The notes: generated by a model not told the origin, from the sequence alone. DNA of 16,337 nucleotides from Candidatus Eiseniibacteriota bacterium (GCA_046598045.1 JBKJJJ010000041.1:1-16337), one strand, 5' to 3'. Positions 4,969-15,037 are shown, counted from the first letter of the stretch. A program made the numbers and translations.

Positions 4969-7065
4969 GTGTCGAACCTCGCTCCGCGTCGCCGGCTGGT
5001 GCCTGCGGCGGTTGTCGTCCTTCTCGCCGGGACCTGCGTCCTGGCGCGGCTCGCATTCCTGCAGGTCCTCCGTCACGGCTATTACGCCGCGCGCGCCGAG
5101 GTCAACCAGCAGGAACGCGTGCAGCTGCCGCCCGAGCGTGGCGAGATTCGCGATCGCCGCGGCAATCTCCTCGCGCAGGACCGCCGCACCTATTCCATGA
5201 TCGCCGTGCCGCGCAACATGGCCGACCCGCCGCGCATGGCGCGCCGCCTGGCGCGCGCGCTCGGGCTCGACGAGAAGAGGCTCGTCGCCGAGTTCCAGCG
5301 CCGCCCGGGCTACTGCTGGGTCGTCCGCCAGCGTTCGCCCGATCTCGCCGAGATGTTCGCCGACTCGACCAAGGCGAAGAACGGCTGGACGAGCGTGTTC
5401 CTCCAGGGCGAGACGCGCCGCAGCTACCCGGCGGGGGGGCCGCTCGCGCAGCTCGTCGGCCGCGCGGACCTCGACAACGTCGGCGTCGAAGGCCTCGAGT
5501 ACCAGTTCGACTCCGTGCTGCGCGGCCAGCAGGGCTGGCGCACGGTGCTGCAGGACGGGCGCGGCCGCCAGATCGGCATGCCCGGCTGGTCGAGCAAGAA
5601 CCCGGTCAATGGCCACTCGATCCGGCTCACCATCGACAGCGACATCCAGAGCGTCGTGTGCGAGCGCCTGCGCGCCGCGGTCGACAGCCTGGGCGCGACC
5701 AAGGCGATCGCCGTCGTCCTCGACCCGTGGACGGGGGAGGTGCTCGCCGCCGGCTCCGAGCCGCAGCCGATGGAGCCGCCGTTCCGCAACCAGGCGATCA
5801 CCGACCAGTTCGAGCCCGGGTCGACCTACAAGATGGTCGTGGTCTCGGCCGCGCTCGAGGGCGGCGTCGCGAACCCGACCACGCTGTTCAATGCCGAGAA
5901 CGGGGCTTACGACTTCGGCGGCTTCGTGATCCACGACTCGCACCCGCACGGCGTGCTCACGCTCGCCGACGCGGTGCGCTACTCGAGCAACATCGTGGCC
6001 GGCAAGCTCGGCATGAAGGTCGGCAGCCGGACGATGTACGAGTACTCGACCTCGTACGGCTTCGGCGCGCTCACCGGCATCGACTTCCCCGGCGAGACGC
6101 CGGGCCTCCTGCGCCACCCGGACCGCTGGTCCGCCCGCTCGTTGCCCACGCTCGCGATGGGCCACGAGCTCTCGGTCACTGCGCTCCAGCTCGCGCTCGC
6201 GTATGCCGCGGTCGCCAACGGCGGCACGCTCATGGCGCCCCAGCTCCTCGCCGCCGAGTTCGACGCAAGCGGCGGGGTGGTGTCGCGGGCCGAAGCCCGG
6301 CCGCTCCGGCGCGTGATCTCGGCGGAGACCGCGCAGACCTTGCGCGGATTCCTGCAGGCGGTCGTCGATTCGGGCACCGCAACGCGCGCGCAACTGGCGT
6401 GGGCGCACGTCGGCGGCAAGACCGGCACCGCGCAGAAGTACGACGCCGCGCTCCACACCTACAGGAACGGCAAGTACCTCGCGTCGTTCGTCGGGTTCCT
6501 GCCGGTGGAGAGCCCGCGCCTGGTGTGCGTGGTCATGGTCGACGAGCCGCGCAAGGGCTACTACGGCGGCGACGTCGCGGCCCCGATCTTCAAGAAGATC
6601 ATGGAGGATCTCTATCGCCTGCGCGGCGGACCGCTCGCGCCAGCGCCCGCGACCGCCACGGCGGTGCGTCCGCACCCGGTCGCACTGCTGGTGCCGAGCG
6701 TGCGCGCGCTGCCGCTCAATGCCGCCCGCGACGCGCTGGGCGACGCCGGCTTCCGCGCGCGCATCGACGGCGACGGGTCGCGCGTGCTCTCCCAGTCGCC
6801 GCCGGCGGGCACGCGGGCCGAGCGCGGCGCGCTGGTCGTGCTCTCGACCACGCCCGGCGTCGGCGGTGTGCCGAACGTGGTCGGGATGACGGTGCGCCAG
6901 GCGCTGACCGAGCTCGCCTCCGTCGCGCTACCGGCGCAGGTCGTCGGCCGCGGCGTGGTGGTGCGCCAGGACCCGCCGGCCGGCAGCATGTTCGCGAAGG
7001 GCCGCTCGTGCATGCTCGTGTGCGAGGAGCGCCAGCAACTGGCGACGGTGGGGACCAAGCTGTGA
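4969..7065 (+). CDS. ftsI: Class B penicillin-binding protein FtsI/PBP3 with two C-terminal PASTA domains, 698 aa (alternative in-frame ATG at 4810)
   Basis: TM anchor then RGEIRDRRG, GVEGLE, SxxK (EPGSTYK), SxN (YSSN), KTG (GKTGTAQK) and two VP.V.....A...L....Q.PPAG repeats. GTG 4969 follows GGAGG. Confidence 0.95.
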   Translation: MSNLAPRRRLVPAAVVVLLAGTCVLARLAFLQVLRHGYYAARAEVNQQERVQLPPERGEIRDRRGNLLAQDRRTYSMIAVPRNMADPPRMARRLARALGLDEKRLVAEFQRRPGYCWVVRQRSPDLAEMFADSTKAKNGWTSVFLQGETRRSYPAGGPLAQLVGRADLDNVGVEGLEYQFDSVLRGQQGWRTVLQDGRGRQIGMPGWSSKNPVNGHSIRLTIDSDIQSVVCERLRAAVDSLGATKAIAVVLDPWTGEVLAAGSEPQPMEPPFRNQAITDQFEPGSTYKMVVVSAALEGGVANPTTLFNAENGAYDFGGFVIHDSHPHGVLTLADAVRYSSNIVAGKLGMKVGSRTMYEYSTSYGFGALTGIDFPGETPGLLRHPDRWSARSLPTLAMGHELSVTALQLALAYAAVANGGTLMAPQLLAAEFDASGGVVSRAEARPLRRVISAETAQTLRGFLQAVVDSGTATRAQLAWAHVGGKTGTAQKYDAALHTYRNGKYLASFVGFLPVESPRLVCVVMVDEPRKGYYGGDVAAPIFKKIMEDLYRLRGGPLAPAPATATAVRPHPVALLVPSVRALPLNAARDALGDAGFRARIDGDGSRVLSQSPPAGTRAERGALVVLSTTPGVGGVPNVVGMTVRQALTELASVALPAQVVGRGVVVRQDPPAGSMFAKGRSCMLVCEERQQLATVGTKL

Positions 7066-8648
7066 CGCCGCCGCGCGGACCGTGGCCCCTGTCGTGGACC
7101 GAGTTCCTCGCCGCACTCGGCGTGGACGCGAGCGCGGTCGCCGGCCCGGCGCCGCTGGCGGTCCACGGCGCGGCGTACGATTCGCGCCGCGTCAAGCCGG
7201 GCGACGCGTTCTTCGCGCTCAAGGGCCAGGAGGCGAACGGCGCGCGCTTCGTGATCGAGGCCACGACGCGCGGCGCGACGACGGTCGTGGCCGATGCGCC
7301 GACCGGCGTGCGCGAGACGACTTCCCCCGATGCGCTGCCCGCCGAGGTCCTCGTGGGCGAGGCGCGCAAGGCGCTCGCACAGGCCGCGGTCGCGCTCTAT
7401 CGCGATCCCTCGGCACGGCTCACGCTGATCGGCCTGACCGGCACGAACGGCAAGACCACGGGCGCGTTCCTGTGCCGGGCGATCCTCGAGGCCGCGGGCG
7501 TCCCCTCGGGCATGGTCGGCACCGCGGGGTACTGGGTCGGCGACGAGCGCCGCGACGCGCCGCACACGACGCCCGAGGCGCCCGACCTGTGCGACCTGCT
7601 CGACACCATGAGCGCGCGCGGGCTGCGCGCGGCGGTGCTCGAGGTGTCGAGCCACGCGCTCGAGCTGCGCCGCACCTACGGCCTGTCGTTCCGCAGTGTC
7701 GTGTTCACGAACCTGACGCGCGACCATCTCGACTTCCACGGCAGCGAGCAGGCGTATCTCGAGGCCAAGCTCCGGCTGTTCAACGGCCAGAACGGCGGCG
7801 AGACGCGGATGACGACCGCGGTCGTGCACGCCTCCGACCCGCACGCCGCCGAGGTGCTCGCCGCGTGCCGCGAGGGCGGCATGCGCGTGATCCGCTTCGC
7901 GATCGCGGGCGCGCCGGGCGCCGAGGGCGCCGAGCTCGTGGCCGAGGACGTCGAGCTCGAGCCGCGGGCGTGCCGCTTCACGATCGTCGAGGCCCTCGGC
8001 AGGACGAAGGTCACGCTGCCACTCCCCGGGCGCTACAACATCGAGAACGCGCTCGCGGCGTGGGGCGCGACCACGTCGTTCGGCATCGATCGCGCGGTCG
8101 CGGCGCATGCGCTCATGACCTTCGCCGGCGTGCCGGGCCGGCTCGAGGTGATCGACCGGCGACAGCCGTTCACGGTCCTGGTCGACTTCGCGCACACGCC
8201 CGACGCGCTCACGCGCGTGATCGCGACCGTGAAGGAGACGCTGCGCGAGGGCTCGCGGCTCGCGGTCGTGTTCGGCTGCGGGGGGGACCGGGATCGGGGC
8301 AAGCGCGCGGCGATGGGCGAGGCGGCGGCCTCCGGAGCGGACCTCGCGGTCGTGACCGATGACAATCCGCGCAACGAGAATCCGGCCGTGATCCGCGGCG
8401 AGGCCATGAGGGGCGCCGAAGCTGCGTTCGCCGCGGGCCGCGTCCCCGCCGGTGCGCTGCGTCCGATCGAGATCGCCGGGCGCCGGCGCGCGATCGAGCA
8501 TGCGCTCGCATGGGCAACGGCCGGCGACGTCGTGCTGCTCGCCGGCAAGGGCCACGAGGGCGTGCAGATCGTGGGCGCGTCCTCGGTGCCGTTCGACGAC
8601 CGGCTCGAGGCCGGGCGCGCGCTCGAAGCCATGGGGTACGGCGCGTGA
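7062..8648 (+). CDS. murE: UDP-MurNAc-Ala-Glu--meso-diaminopimelate ligase MurE, 528 aa
   Basis: YDSRRVKPGD, TGTNGKTT, TTPEA, EVSSHAL, NLTRDHLDFH, DFAHTPDA, FGCGGDRD, DNPR (meso-DAP-type signature), AGKGHE. GTGA overlap with ftsI. Confidence 0.97.
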   Translation: MTPPRGPWPLSWTEFLAALGVDASAVAGPAPLAVHGAAYDSRRVKPGDAFFALKGQEANGARFVIEATTRGATTVVADAPTGVRETTSPDALPAEVLVGEARKALAQAAVALYRDPSARLTLIGLTGTNGKTTGAFLCRAILEAAGVPSGMVGTAGYWVGDERRDAPHTTPEAPDLCDLLDTMSARGLRAAVLEVSSHALELRRTYGLSFRSVVFTNLTRDHLDFHGSEQAYLEAKLRLFNGQNGGETRMTTAVVHASDPHAAEVLAACREGGMRVIRFAIAGAPGAEGAELVAEDVELEPRACRFTIVEALGRTKVTLPLPGRYNIENALAAWGATTSFGIDRAVAAHALMTFAGVPGRLEVIDRRQPFTVLVDFAHTPDALTRVIATVKETLREGSRLAVVFGCGGDRDRGKRAAMGEAAASGADLAVVTDDNPRNENPAVIRGEAMRGAEAAFAAGRVPAGALRPIEIAGRRRAIEHALAWATAGDVVLLAGKGHEGVQIVGASSVPFDDRLEAGRALEAMGYGA

Positions 8649-10075
8649 GCGACTTCACGCTCCTCGACGTCGCGCGCGCAACCGGCGCGCACGTGGTCGC
8701 GCCCGGCGGCGGCATCGCGCTCGAGGGCATGATCACCGGCGCGACACTCGATTCGCGCCGCGCGGGCGCCGGGCGCATGTTCGTGCCGCTGCCGGGCACG
8801 CGCGCGGACGGCCACGATTTCATCGCGCAGGCGCTGGCTCACGGCTCGCCAGGCGCGTTCTGCGCGCGCGCGCGCCAGGACGCGGTGGTCGCCACCTGCC
8901 GCGCCGAGGGCGTGCCCGCCGGCGCGGCACTGCTCGTGGTCGAGGATCCCGAGGCGGCACTGACGACCTGGGCGCACGCGCGGCGCGCGGCCTGGTCCGG
9001 CGAGCTGGTCGGCATCGCGGGCTCGAACGGCAAGACCACGACCAGGGAAATGCTGGCGTCGATCCTGGCGCGGCGCGCGCCCACGCTCAAGACCGAGGGC
9101 AATCTCAACAATCACCTCGGCGTGCCGGTGACGCTCACGCGCCTCACCGACTCCGCGCGCTACGCGGTGGTCGAGATCGGCATGAACCACGCCGGGGAAG
9201 TGCGCAAGCTGTCGCAGCTCGCGCGCCCGACCGCGGCCGTGATCACGAACATCGGGGCCGAGCACCTCGAGGGCCTGGGCACGCTCGACGAGGTCGCGCG
9301 CGCCGAGGCCGAGATCGGCGAGTCGCTGCCCCCGGGCGCGCCGCTGATCGTGCCCGGCGATGAGCCGCGCCTCTCGCCCTGGCTGCGCCCGCTGCGCGCG
9401 CGCCTGACGACGTTCGCGCTCGTCGCCGGATCGGACTTCGTGGCCGACGAAGTGGAAATGCTCGGCGCCGAGGGCATGCGCTTCCGGGTCGTCGGCTTCC
9501 CGGTCCTGACGGTGCCGGTGCCCGGCCGCCACAGCGTGTCGAACGCGCTGGCGGCGATCGCGCTCGCACGGCAGCTCGGGCTGACGCCCGGGGAGTGCGC
9601 CCGGGGCCTGGCCGAGATGCCGCGCCCCGCGGGGCGCATGGAGGTCGCACGCTGGGGCGGCGTCACCGTGCTGCTCGACCACTACAACGCGAACCCGGGT
9701 TCGATGGACGCCGGGCTCGACGCGCTCGAGGCGTGGCCCGGAGCGCGCCGCCGCTACGCCGCGCTCGGCGACATGCTCGAGCTCGGCGCGGCCTCGGCCG
9801 ACTATCACGGCGCGCTCGGGCGGCGCCTCGCGCGGCTCGACGGCGCGTACCTGTGGGGCCCGCTCATGGAGCGCGCCGCGGCGGAGGCCACGGGCTCGGG
9901 CCGGGTGCAGCACTTCGCAGGCCGCGAAGCGCTCGGCCGCGCGCTCGCGGCGCAGCTCGGCGACGGCGACGTGGTGCTGGTCAAGGGCTCGCGCGGCTCG
10001 AAGATGGAAGAGGTTGCGCGCATCCTCGAGTCGACGCTCAAGGGCCAGGCGTTCGCGGCAGGGGAGGGACGCTAG
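8645..10075 (+). CDS. murF: UDP-MurNAc-tripeptide--D-Ala-D-Ala ligase MurF, 476 aa
   Basis: DGHDF, GSNGKTTT, GNLNNHLGVP, EIGMNHAGE, HLEGLG, YNANP, GDMLELG, VKGSRG. GTGA overlap with murE. Confidence 0.97.
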   Translation: MSDFTLLDVARATGAHVVAPGGGIALEGMITGATLDSRRAGAGRMFVPLPGTRADGHDFIAQALAHGSPGAFCARARQDAVVATCRAEGVPAGAALLVVEDPEAALTTWAHARRAAWSGELVGIAGSNGKTTTREMLASILARRAPTLKTEGNLNNHLGVPVTLTRLTDSARYAVVEIGMNHAGEVRKLSQLARPTAAVITNIGAEHLEGLGTLDEVARAEAEIGESLPPGAPLIVPGDEPRLSPWLRPLRARLTTFALVAGSDFVADEVEMLGAEGMRFRVVGFPVLTVPVPGRHSVSNALAAIALARQLGLTPGECARGLAEMPRPAGRMEVARWGGVTVLLDHYNANPGSMDAGLDALEAWPGARRRYAALGDMLELGAASADYHGALGRRLARLDGAYLWGPLMERAAAEATGSGRVQHFAGREALGRALAAQLGDGDVVLVKGSRGSKMEEVARILESTLKGQAFAAGEGR

Positions 10076-11167
10076 GTGTTCTACCACTTCCTCTTTCCGC
10101 TGCACACGATCCACGGGCTCTCGTTCCTGAACATCTTCAAGTACCTGACGTTCCGCTCGGCCTACGCGGCGATCACGGCGCTGCTGGTGTCGTTCCTCGT
10201 CGGGCCGCCGCTGATCCACTGGCTGAAGGAATCGCACCTCGGCCAGAAGATCCGCGCCGAGGGCCCGCAGTCACACCTCGGCAAGGCCGGCACGCCGACC
10301 ATGGGCGGTCTCCTGATCCTGCTGGCGATCGTGTTGCCGACGCTGCTGTGGGCGGACCTGACGAATCGCAACGTGCTGCTTGCGCTGTTCGCCACCATCG
10401 CGCTCGGCGGCATCGGCTTCCTCGACGATTACCTGCACGTGGTCAAGGGCATCCGCGCGGGGCTGCTCGGGCGCTGGAAGCTGGTCGGGCAGGGACTCGT
10501 CGGCGTCGTGGTCGCGAGCGCGCTGCTCATGTTCCCCGTCGAGAACGTGCCGGCCGCCTGGACCACGGTGCCGTTCCTCAAGTTCAATTACGTGAACTTC
10601 GGGATCTTCTTCACGCCGTTCGTCATGCTCGTGATCGCGGGCTCGTCGAACGCGGTCAACCTCACCGACGGCCTCGACGGCCTCGCCTCGGGGCTGGTCG
10701 CGTTCGCCGCGGTGGCGTTCGCTGGCCTGTGCTACGTGTCGGGCAACGTCAAGTTCAGCCAGTACCTGGGCGTGCTCTACCTGCCGGGCAGCGGCGAGCT
10801 GACGGTGTTCTGCGCGGCCGTGCTCGGCGCGTCGCTCGGCTTCCTCTGGTACAACTGCCATCCCGCGGACGTGTTCATGGGCGACACGGGGTCGCTCGCG
10901 CTCGGCGGCGCGCTCGGCACGGTGGCGGTGCTGATCAAGCGCGAGTTCCTGCTCCTGATCGTGGGCGGCGTCTTCGTCGCCGAGGCCCTGTCCGTGATCC
11001 TGCAGGTGACGTCGTTCAAGCTACGCGGCAAGCGCATCTTCCTGATGTCGCCGCTGCACCACCATTTCGAGCTGTCGGGGTGGGCCGAGAGCCGCGTCGT
11101 GACGCGCTTCTACATCGCGGCTGCGATCCTGGCGCTGATCTCGCTCTCGACGCTCAAGCTGCAATGA
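10076..11167 (+). CDS. mraY: Phospho-N-acetylmuramoyl-pentapeptide transferase MraY, 363 aa
   Basis: KAGTPTMGG, GFLDDY, SNAVNLTDGLDGLA, VFMGDTGSLALG, PLHHHFE. GTG directly follows the murF TAG, with GGAGG upstream. Confidence 0.98.
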   Translation: MFYHFLFPLHTIHGLSFLNIFKYLTFRSAYAAITALLVSFLVGPPLIHWLKESHLGQKIRAEGPQSHLGKAGTPTMGGLLILLAIVLPTLLWADLTNRNVLLALFATIALGGIGFLDDYLHVVKGIRAGLLGRWKLVGQGLVGVVVASALLMFPVENVPAAWTTVPFLKFNYVNFGIFFTPFVMLVIAGSSNAVNLTDGLDGLASGLVAFAAVAFAGLCYVSGNVKFSQYLGVLYLPGSGELTVFCAAVLGASLGFLWYNCHPADVFMGDTGSLALGGALGTVAVLIKREFLLLIVGGVFVAEALSVILQVTSFKLRGKRIFLMSPLHHHFELSGWAESRVVTRFYIAAAILALISLSTLKLQ

Positions 11168-12681
11168 ACCCGACCGGAGGCACTGCCTTGCCCGTGCGTG
11201 ATCCCGCCTTCCCGCTCCCCGCCTCGAGCGCGCCCCGCCACATCGGCGAATGGGCCGGGCGGCGCGCGCTCGTGGTCGGGCTCGCGCGCTCGGGCGTGGC
11301 GGCCGCGCGGGCGCTCGCTGCGCGTGGGCTCAAGGTGAGCGCGTGCGACGGAAAGTCCGAGGGCGAGCTGGTGGCGCGAGGCTCCGGCGGCGCGATCGAG
11401 GACCTCGCGGCGCGCGGCGTGGACCTCGTGCTCGGCACCGGCAACCCGGCGCTGCTCGACCGGGTGGACGTGGTGGTCGCCAGCCCGGGCGTGCCCCCGA
11501 CCGCGCCGCTGCTCGCGGCGGCGGACGAGCGCGGGATTCCGGTCGTGGGCGAGTTGGAACTGGCGTGGCAACTGTCGCGCGCGCCCTGGGTCGCGATCAC
11601 CGGCACGAACGGCAAGAGCACGACCACCGCACTCGCCGGCGTGCTGTTCAAGGCGATGGGCTACGACGCGCGTGTGTGCGGCAACATCGGCGTGGCCGCG
11701 ACCGACGAGGCGCTCTCGGCCGGGCCCGACGCCGTGATCGTCGCCGAGGTGAGCTCGTTCCAGCTCGAGCGCGTGGTGGCGTTCCGGCCGCGGGTCGCGG
11801 TCGTGCTCAACCTGACGCCTGACCACCTCGACCGCCATGGATCGATCGAGGTCTACGCCGGGCTCAAGGCGCGCGTGTTCGCGCACCAGGGCGCGGGCGA
11901 CGTCGCGGTGCTCAACGCGGACGACGAGGCGACGGTCGGTTGGGCGGGGCGCTACGGCATCGGGGCCCGCACGGCGTACTTCCATCGTGGCGTGACCGGC
12001 GCGGCCGCGCCCGCCTCCGGTGCGCTGGCCGACGCGATCCGGGCCGCCGATGGTGCCTGGGTCGACGCGCAGGGCCGCATGGTCCGGGTCTGGGAGGGGC
12101 ACACGGATGTGCTCCTTCCGGCCTCGGATCTCGCGGTCCCCGGCCCGCACAACGTCTCGAACGCGCTCGCCGCCGTCGCCCTGACGCTGCCGTTCGCCGC
12201 GGACGCAACGGTGCTCGCCGCCGCGCTCAAAGGCTTCGGCGGCCTCGCGCACCGCCTCGAGCCGCTCGGCGCGGTGGGCAAGGTCCGGTTCTACAACGAC
12301 TCGAAGGCGACGAACGTCGACGCCATGCGCACCGCGCTGCTCGCGTTTGCGGGCAAGGTCGTGGTGATCGCGGGCGGCCGCGACAAGGCCGGCGACTGGG
12401 CCTCGCTGGCTGCGCTCGCGGCGGAGCGCATCGGCCGGTTGGTCCTGATCGGCGAGGCGGCGCCCGTGATCGCGAAGGCGTGGACGGGCGTGCCGAACGT
12501 GCGCGCCGTCGACCTCGAGGCCGCCACCCGCGCGGCGTGGGACGCGGCGAACGAACTCGGCGGCGTGCCCGTCGTGCTCAGCCCGGGCTGCGCGTCGTTC
12601 GACCAATTCAAGGACTTCGAGGATCGGGGAGAGCGCTTCAAGGAAGCCGTGACGCGCCTGCGCGCGGGGGTACGCTCATGA
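11164..12681 (+). CDS. murD: UDP-MurNAc-L-Ala--D-glutamate ligase MurD, 505 aa
   Basis: GLARSG, SPGVP, TGTNGKSTT, GNIG, EVSSFQL, NLTPDHLDRH, HRLE, NDSKATN, LSPGCASFDQF. ATGA overlap with mraY. Confidence 0.97.
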   Translation: MNPTGGTALPVRDPAFPLPASSAPRHIGEWAGRRALVVGLARSGVAAARALAARGLKVSACDGKSEGELVARGSGGAIEDLAARGVDLVLGTGNPALLDRVDVVVASPGVPPTAPLLAAADERGIPVVGELELAWQLSRAPWVAITGTNGKSTTTALAGVLFKAMGYDARVCGNIGVAATDEALSAGPDAVIVAEVSSFQLERVVAFRPRVAVVLNLTPDHLDRHGSIEVYAGLKARVFAHQGAGDVAVLNADDEATVGWAGRYGIGARTAYFHRGVTGAAAPASGALADAIRAADGAWVDAQGRMVRVWEGHTDVLLPASDLAVPGPHNVSNALAAVALTLPFAADATVLAAALKGFGGLAHRLEPLGAVGKVRFYNDSKATNVDAMRTALLAFAGKVVVIAGGRDKAGDWASLAALAAERIGRLVLIGEAAPVIAKAWTGVPNVRAVDLEAATRAAWDAANELGGVPVVLSPGCASFDQFKDFEDRGERFKEAVTRLRAGVRS

Positions 12682-13895
12682 TGTCGTCGATTCGCCGCGC
12701 CGACCCGCTGGTCGCGTTCGTGCCGCTCGCACTCGCGTTCGGGAGCCTGGTGCTGGTCTACTCCGCGAGCAGCATCCTCGGAATCACGACCTACAACGAT
12801 CCGTACTACTTCCTGACCCGGCGCGCGATCCACCTCGTGATCGGGCTGCTCGCGTTCTTCGTGTGCGCGCGCTTCGACTATCACCGCCTGGTCGAGAAGT
12901 CCGCCGGCCGCGCCTACATCTTCGTGCTCGGGCTGCTCGCCGCGCTCTCGGTGCTGCAGCACGGACATATCGCGGGCGGCGCGCGGCGCTGGGTCAACAT
13001 CATGGGCACGACGTTCCAGCCCACCGAGATCGCGCGCGTCGTGGTCGTGCTCTTCCTCGCGCGCTACCTCGCGCGCCGGGGCGAGGGCATCCGCTCGCTG
13101 CGCGGCGGCTTCCTGCCGGCGCTCGCGGTCGGCGGCATCGCGGTCGTGCTGATCGCGGCGCAGCCGAACCTGTCGTCGGCCGGCGTGCTGTTCGGGGTCG
13201 TGCTCGCGATGCTGTGGTTCGCCGGCGCGCGCCTGACGCACCTGGGCGCGATCGTCGGCGTGGGCTTCGTCGGCTTCCTCGGCATGCTCGCGAAGTTCGA
13301 GTACCAGAGGGAGCGCGTCGTGTCGTTCCTCTCCTTCCTGTTCACCGGCAAGCTCGATGCGCTCGGCACGGGCTGGCAGCTCGACCAGTCGCTGATCGCA
13401 CTCGGCTCGGGCGGACTGTTCGGGCGCGGCTATGGCAGAAGCCTCCAGAAGTTCCTGTTCCTGCCCGATCCCCACACCGACTTCATCCTCGCGATCCTCG
13501 GCGAGGAGGGTGGCCTGATCGCGACTGCGGGCCTGCTGGCGCTCCTGATCGTCTTCCTCGCGCGCGGCTACCGGACCGCGTTCCGCGCGCAGGACGATCT
13601 CGGCTATTTGATCGCGGCGGGGCTCACGACCCAGCTCGCCTGCTACACGTTCGTCAATCTCGGTGTCGCGACCGGCCTGTTTCCGACGACGGGCCTGCCG
13701 CTGCCGTTCATTTCCTACGGTGGATCCGCGCTGGTCATGAACCTCGCGGCCGCCGGCATCCTGGTCAACGTCTCGTCGCAGGCCCAGGCCAGGGGCAAGA
13801 GCGTCGAGGCCACGCCCGCGCCGCGTCGTCGCGCGGGCCGGGCGCTCACGTTCGGGGCCGTCGGCGCACGCGGCTTCGCAGGGGGACGTCCATGA
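12678..13895 (+). CDS. ftsW: SEDS peptidoglycan glycosyltransferase FtsW, 405 aa
   Basis: LVYSAS, GARRW, FQPTE, QSLIALGSGG, FLPDPHTDFI..ILGEEGG, PTTGLPLPFISYGGS. Multi-TM. ATGA overlap with murD. Confidence 0.97.
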   Translation: MMSSIRRADPLVAFVPLALAFGSLVLVYSASSILGITTYNDPYYFLTRRAIHLVIGLLAFFVCARFDYHRLVEKSAGRAYIFVLGLLAALSVLQHGHIAGGARRWVNIMGTTFQPTEIARVVVVLFLARYLARRGEGIRSLRGGFLPALAVGGIAVVLIAAQPNLSSAGVLFGVVLAMLWFAGARLTHLGAIVGVGFVGFLGMLAKFEYQRERVVSFLSFLFTGKLDALGTGWQLDQSLIALGSGGLFGRGYGRSLQKFLFLPDPHTDFILAILGEEGGLIATAGLLALLIVFLARGYRTAFRAQDDLGYLIAAGLTTQLACYTFVNLGVATGLFPTTGLPLPFISYGGSALVMNLAAAGILVNVSSQAQARGKSVEATPAPRRRAGRALTFGAVGARGFAGGRP

Positions 13896-15037
13896 AGGTC
13901 CTGATCGCGGGGGGCGGCACCGGCGGACACATCTATCCCGGCATCGCGGTGGCCGAGGAGCTCAAGCGTCTCGCGCCCGACACGCAGATCCGTTTCGTCG
14001 GCGGCGACCGCGGACTCGAGGGGCGCGTCGTGCCCGAGGCCGGCTTCGAGCTGGTGACGATCGCGGCACGCGGCTTGCCGCGCCGGGCGTGGTGGCGCGT
14101 GCCCGGCGCGCTGCTCGCGAACACGGGTGCGTTCGTGCACGCGATGGGAATCGTGCGCTCGTACAACCCGGACGTCGTGCTCGGCACCGGTGGCTACGTC
14201 TCGGCCCCGGTCGTCGTGGCGGCATGGCTCGCGCGCAAGCCGGTCCTGCTCCAGGAGCAGAACGCGATCCCCGGCCTCACCAATCGCCTGCTCGCGCGCA
14301 TCGCGGACGAGGTGCACGTCGCGTTCACGGAGTCGCGCTCGTGGTTCGTCAAGAAGGACCGGCTCAAGCTCTCGGGCAACCCGGTCAGGCGCATGATTCT
14401 CTCGGGCGACCGGCGGCAGGCGCTCGCACGGTTCGGCCTGTCCGAGCAACTCGCGACCGTGTTCGTGTTCGGCGGCTCGCGCGGCGCGCGGCGCATCAAC
14501 GAGGCGACGCTCGACGCGATGGTCCGCATGAAGACCGGCCTCGCCGCGCAGTTCATCCTGCAGACCGGCAAGGAGGACTTCCTCTGGGCGAAGGAGCGTG
14601 CCGAGAAGGAGGGACTTCCAGTCACGGTCGTCCCTTACCTGACGCACATCCACGAGGCCTATGCGGCCGCCGACCTCGTGGTGTGCCGCGCGGGCGCGAT
14701 GACGCTCGCCGAGATCGCGGCCTGCGGCGTGCCCTCGATCCTCGTGCCCTACCCGTTCGCGGCCTACAACCACCAGGTCACGAACGCGCAGAACCTGTCC
14801 GAGCGCGGCGGCGCGGTGATCATTCTCGACGCCGACCTGACCGGCGAGCGCCTCGCGACCGAGATCCAGCGCCTCGTCAAGGACAAGGCGACGCTGGTCA
14901 GGATGTCGTCCAACGCCCGCCGCTTCGCGCGCCCCGACGCCGCCGAGCGCATCGCGAAGAGCCTGCTCGACTGGGGCGGCCGCCCGCGCGGAACACGGCC
15001 CGAGTCGAACGTGCCCCACGACCTCGAGGGGGACTGA
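13892..15037 (+). CDS. murG: Lipid II GlcNAc transferase MurG, 381 aa
   Basis: GGGTGGHIYP, GTGGYVS, EQNAIPG, GNPVR, FGGSRGA, CRAGAMTLAE, HQVTNA. ATGA overlap with ftsW. Confidence 0.98.
   Translation: MKVLIAGGGTGGHIYPGIAVAEELKRLAPDTQIRFVGGDRGLEGRVVPEAGFELVTIAARGLPRRAWWRVPGALLANTGAFVHAMGIVRSYNPDVVLGTGGYVSAPVVVAAWLARKPVLLQEQNAIPGLTNRLLARIADEVHVAFTESRSWFVKKDRLKLSGNPVRRMILSGDRRQALARFGLSEQLATVFVFGGSRGARRINEATLDAMVRMKTGLAAQFILQTGKEDFLWAKERAEKEGLPVTVVPYLTHIHEAYAAADLVVCRAGAMTLAEIAACGVPSILVPYPFAAYNHQVTNAQNLSERGGAVIILDADLTGERLATEIQRLVKDKATLVRMSSNARRFARPDAAERIAKSLLDWGGRPRGTRPESNVPHDLEGD

Noticed and set aside
9637..9646. Third CATGGAGGTC match inside murF
   Set aside because: Encodes the GRMEV ligase motif, lacks the final CC of the loop and has no strong flanking stem. 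It does show the core word can arise by chance in coding DNA.
5658..13891. Apparent giant ORFs (996, 1028, 651, 724 aa) suggesting fusions of mur genes
   Set aside because: Their N-terminal parts are off-frame read-through of the preceding gene. Real starts are at 7062, 11164, 12678 and 13892.
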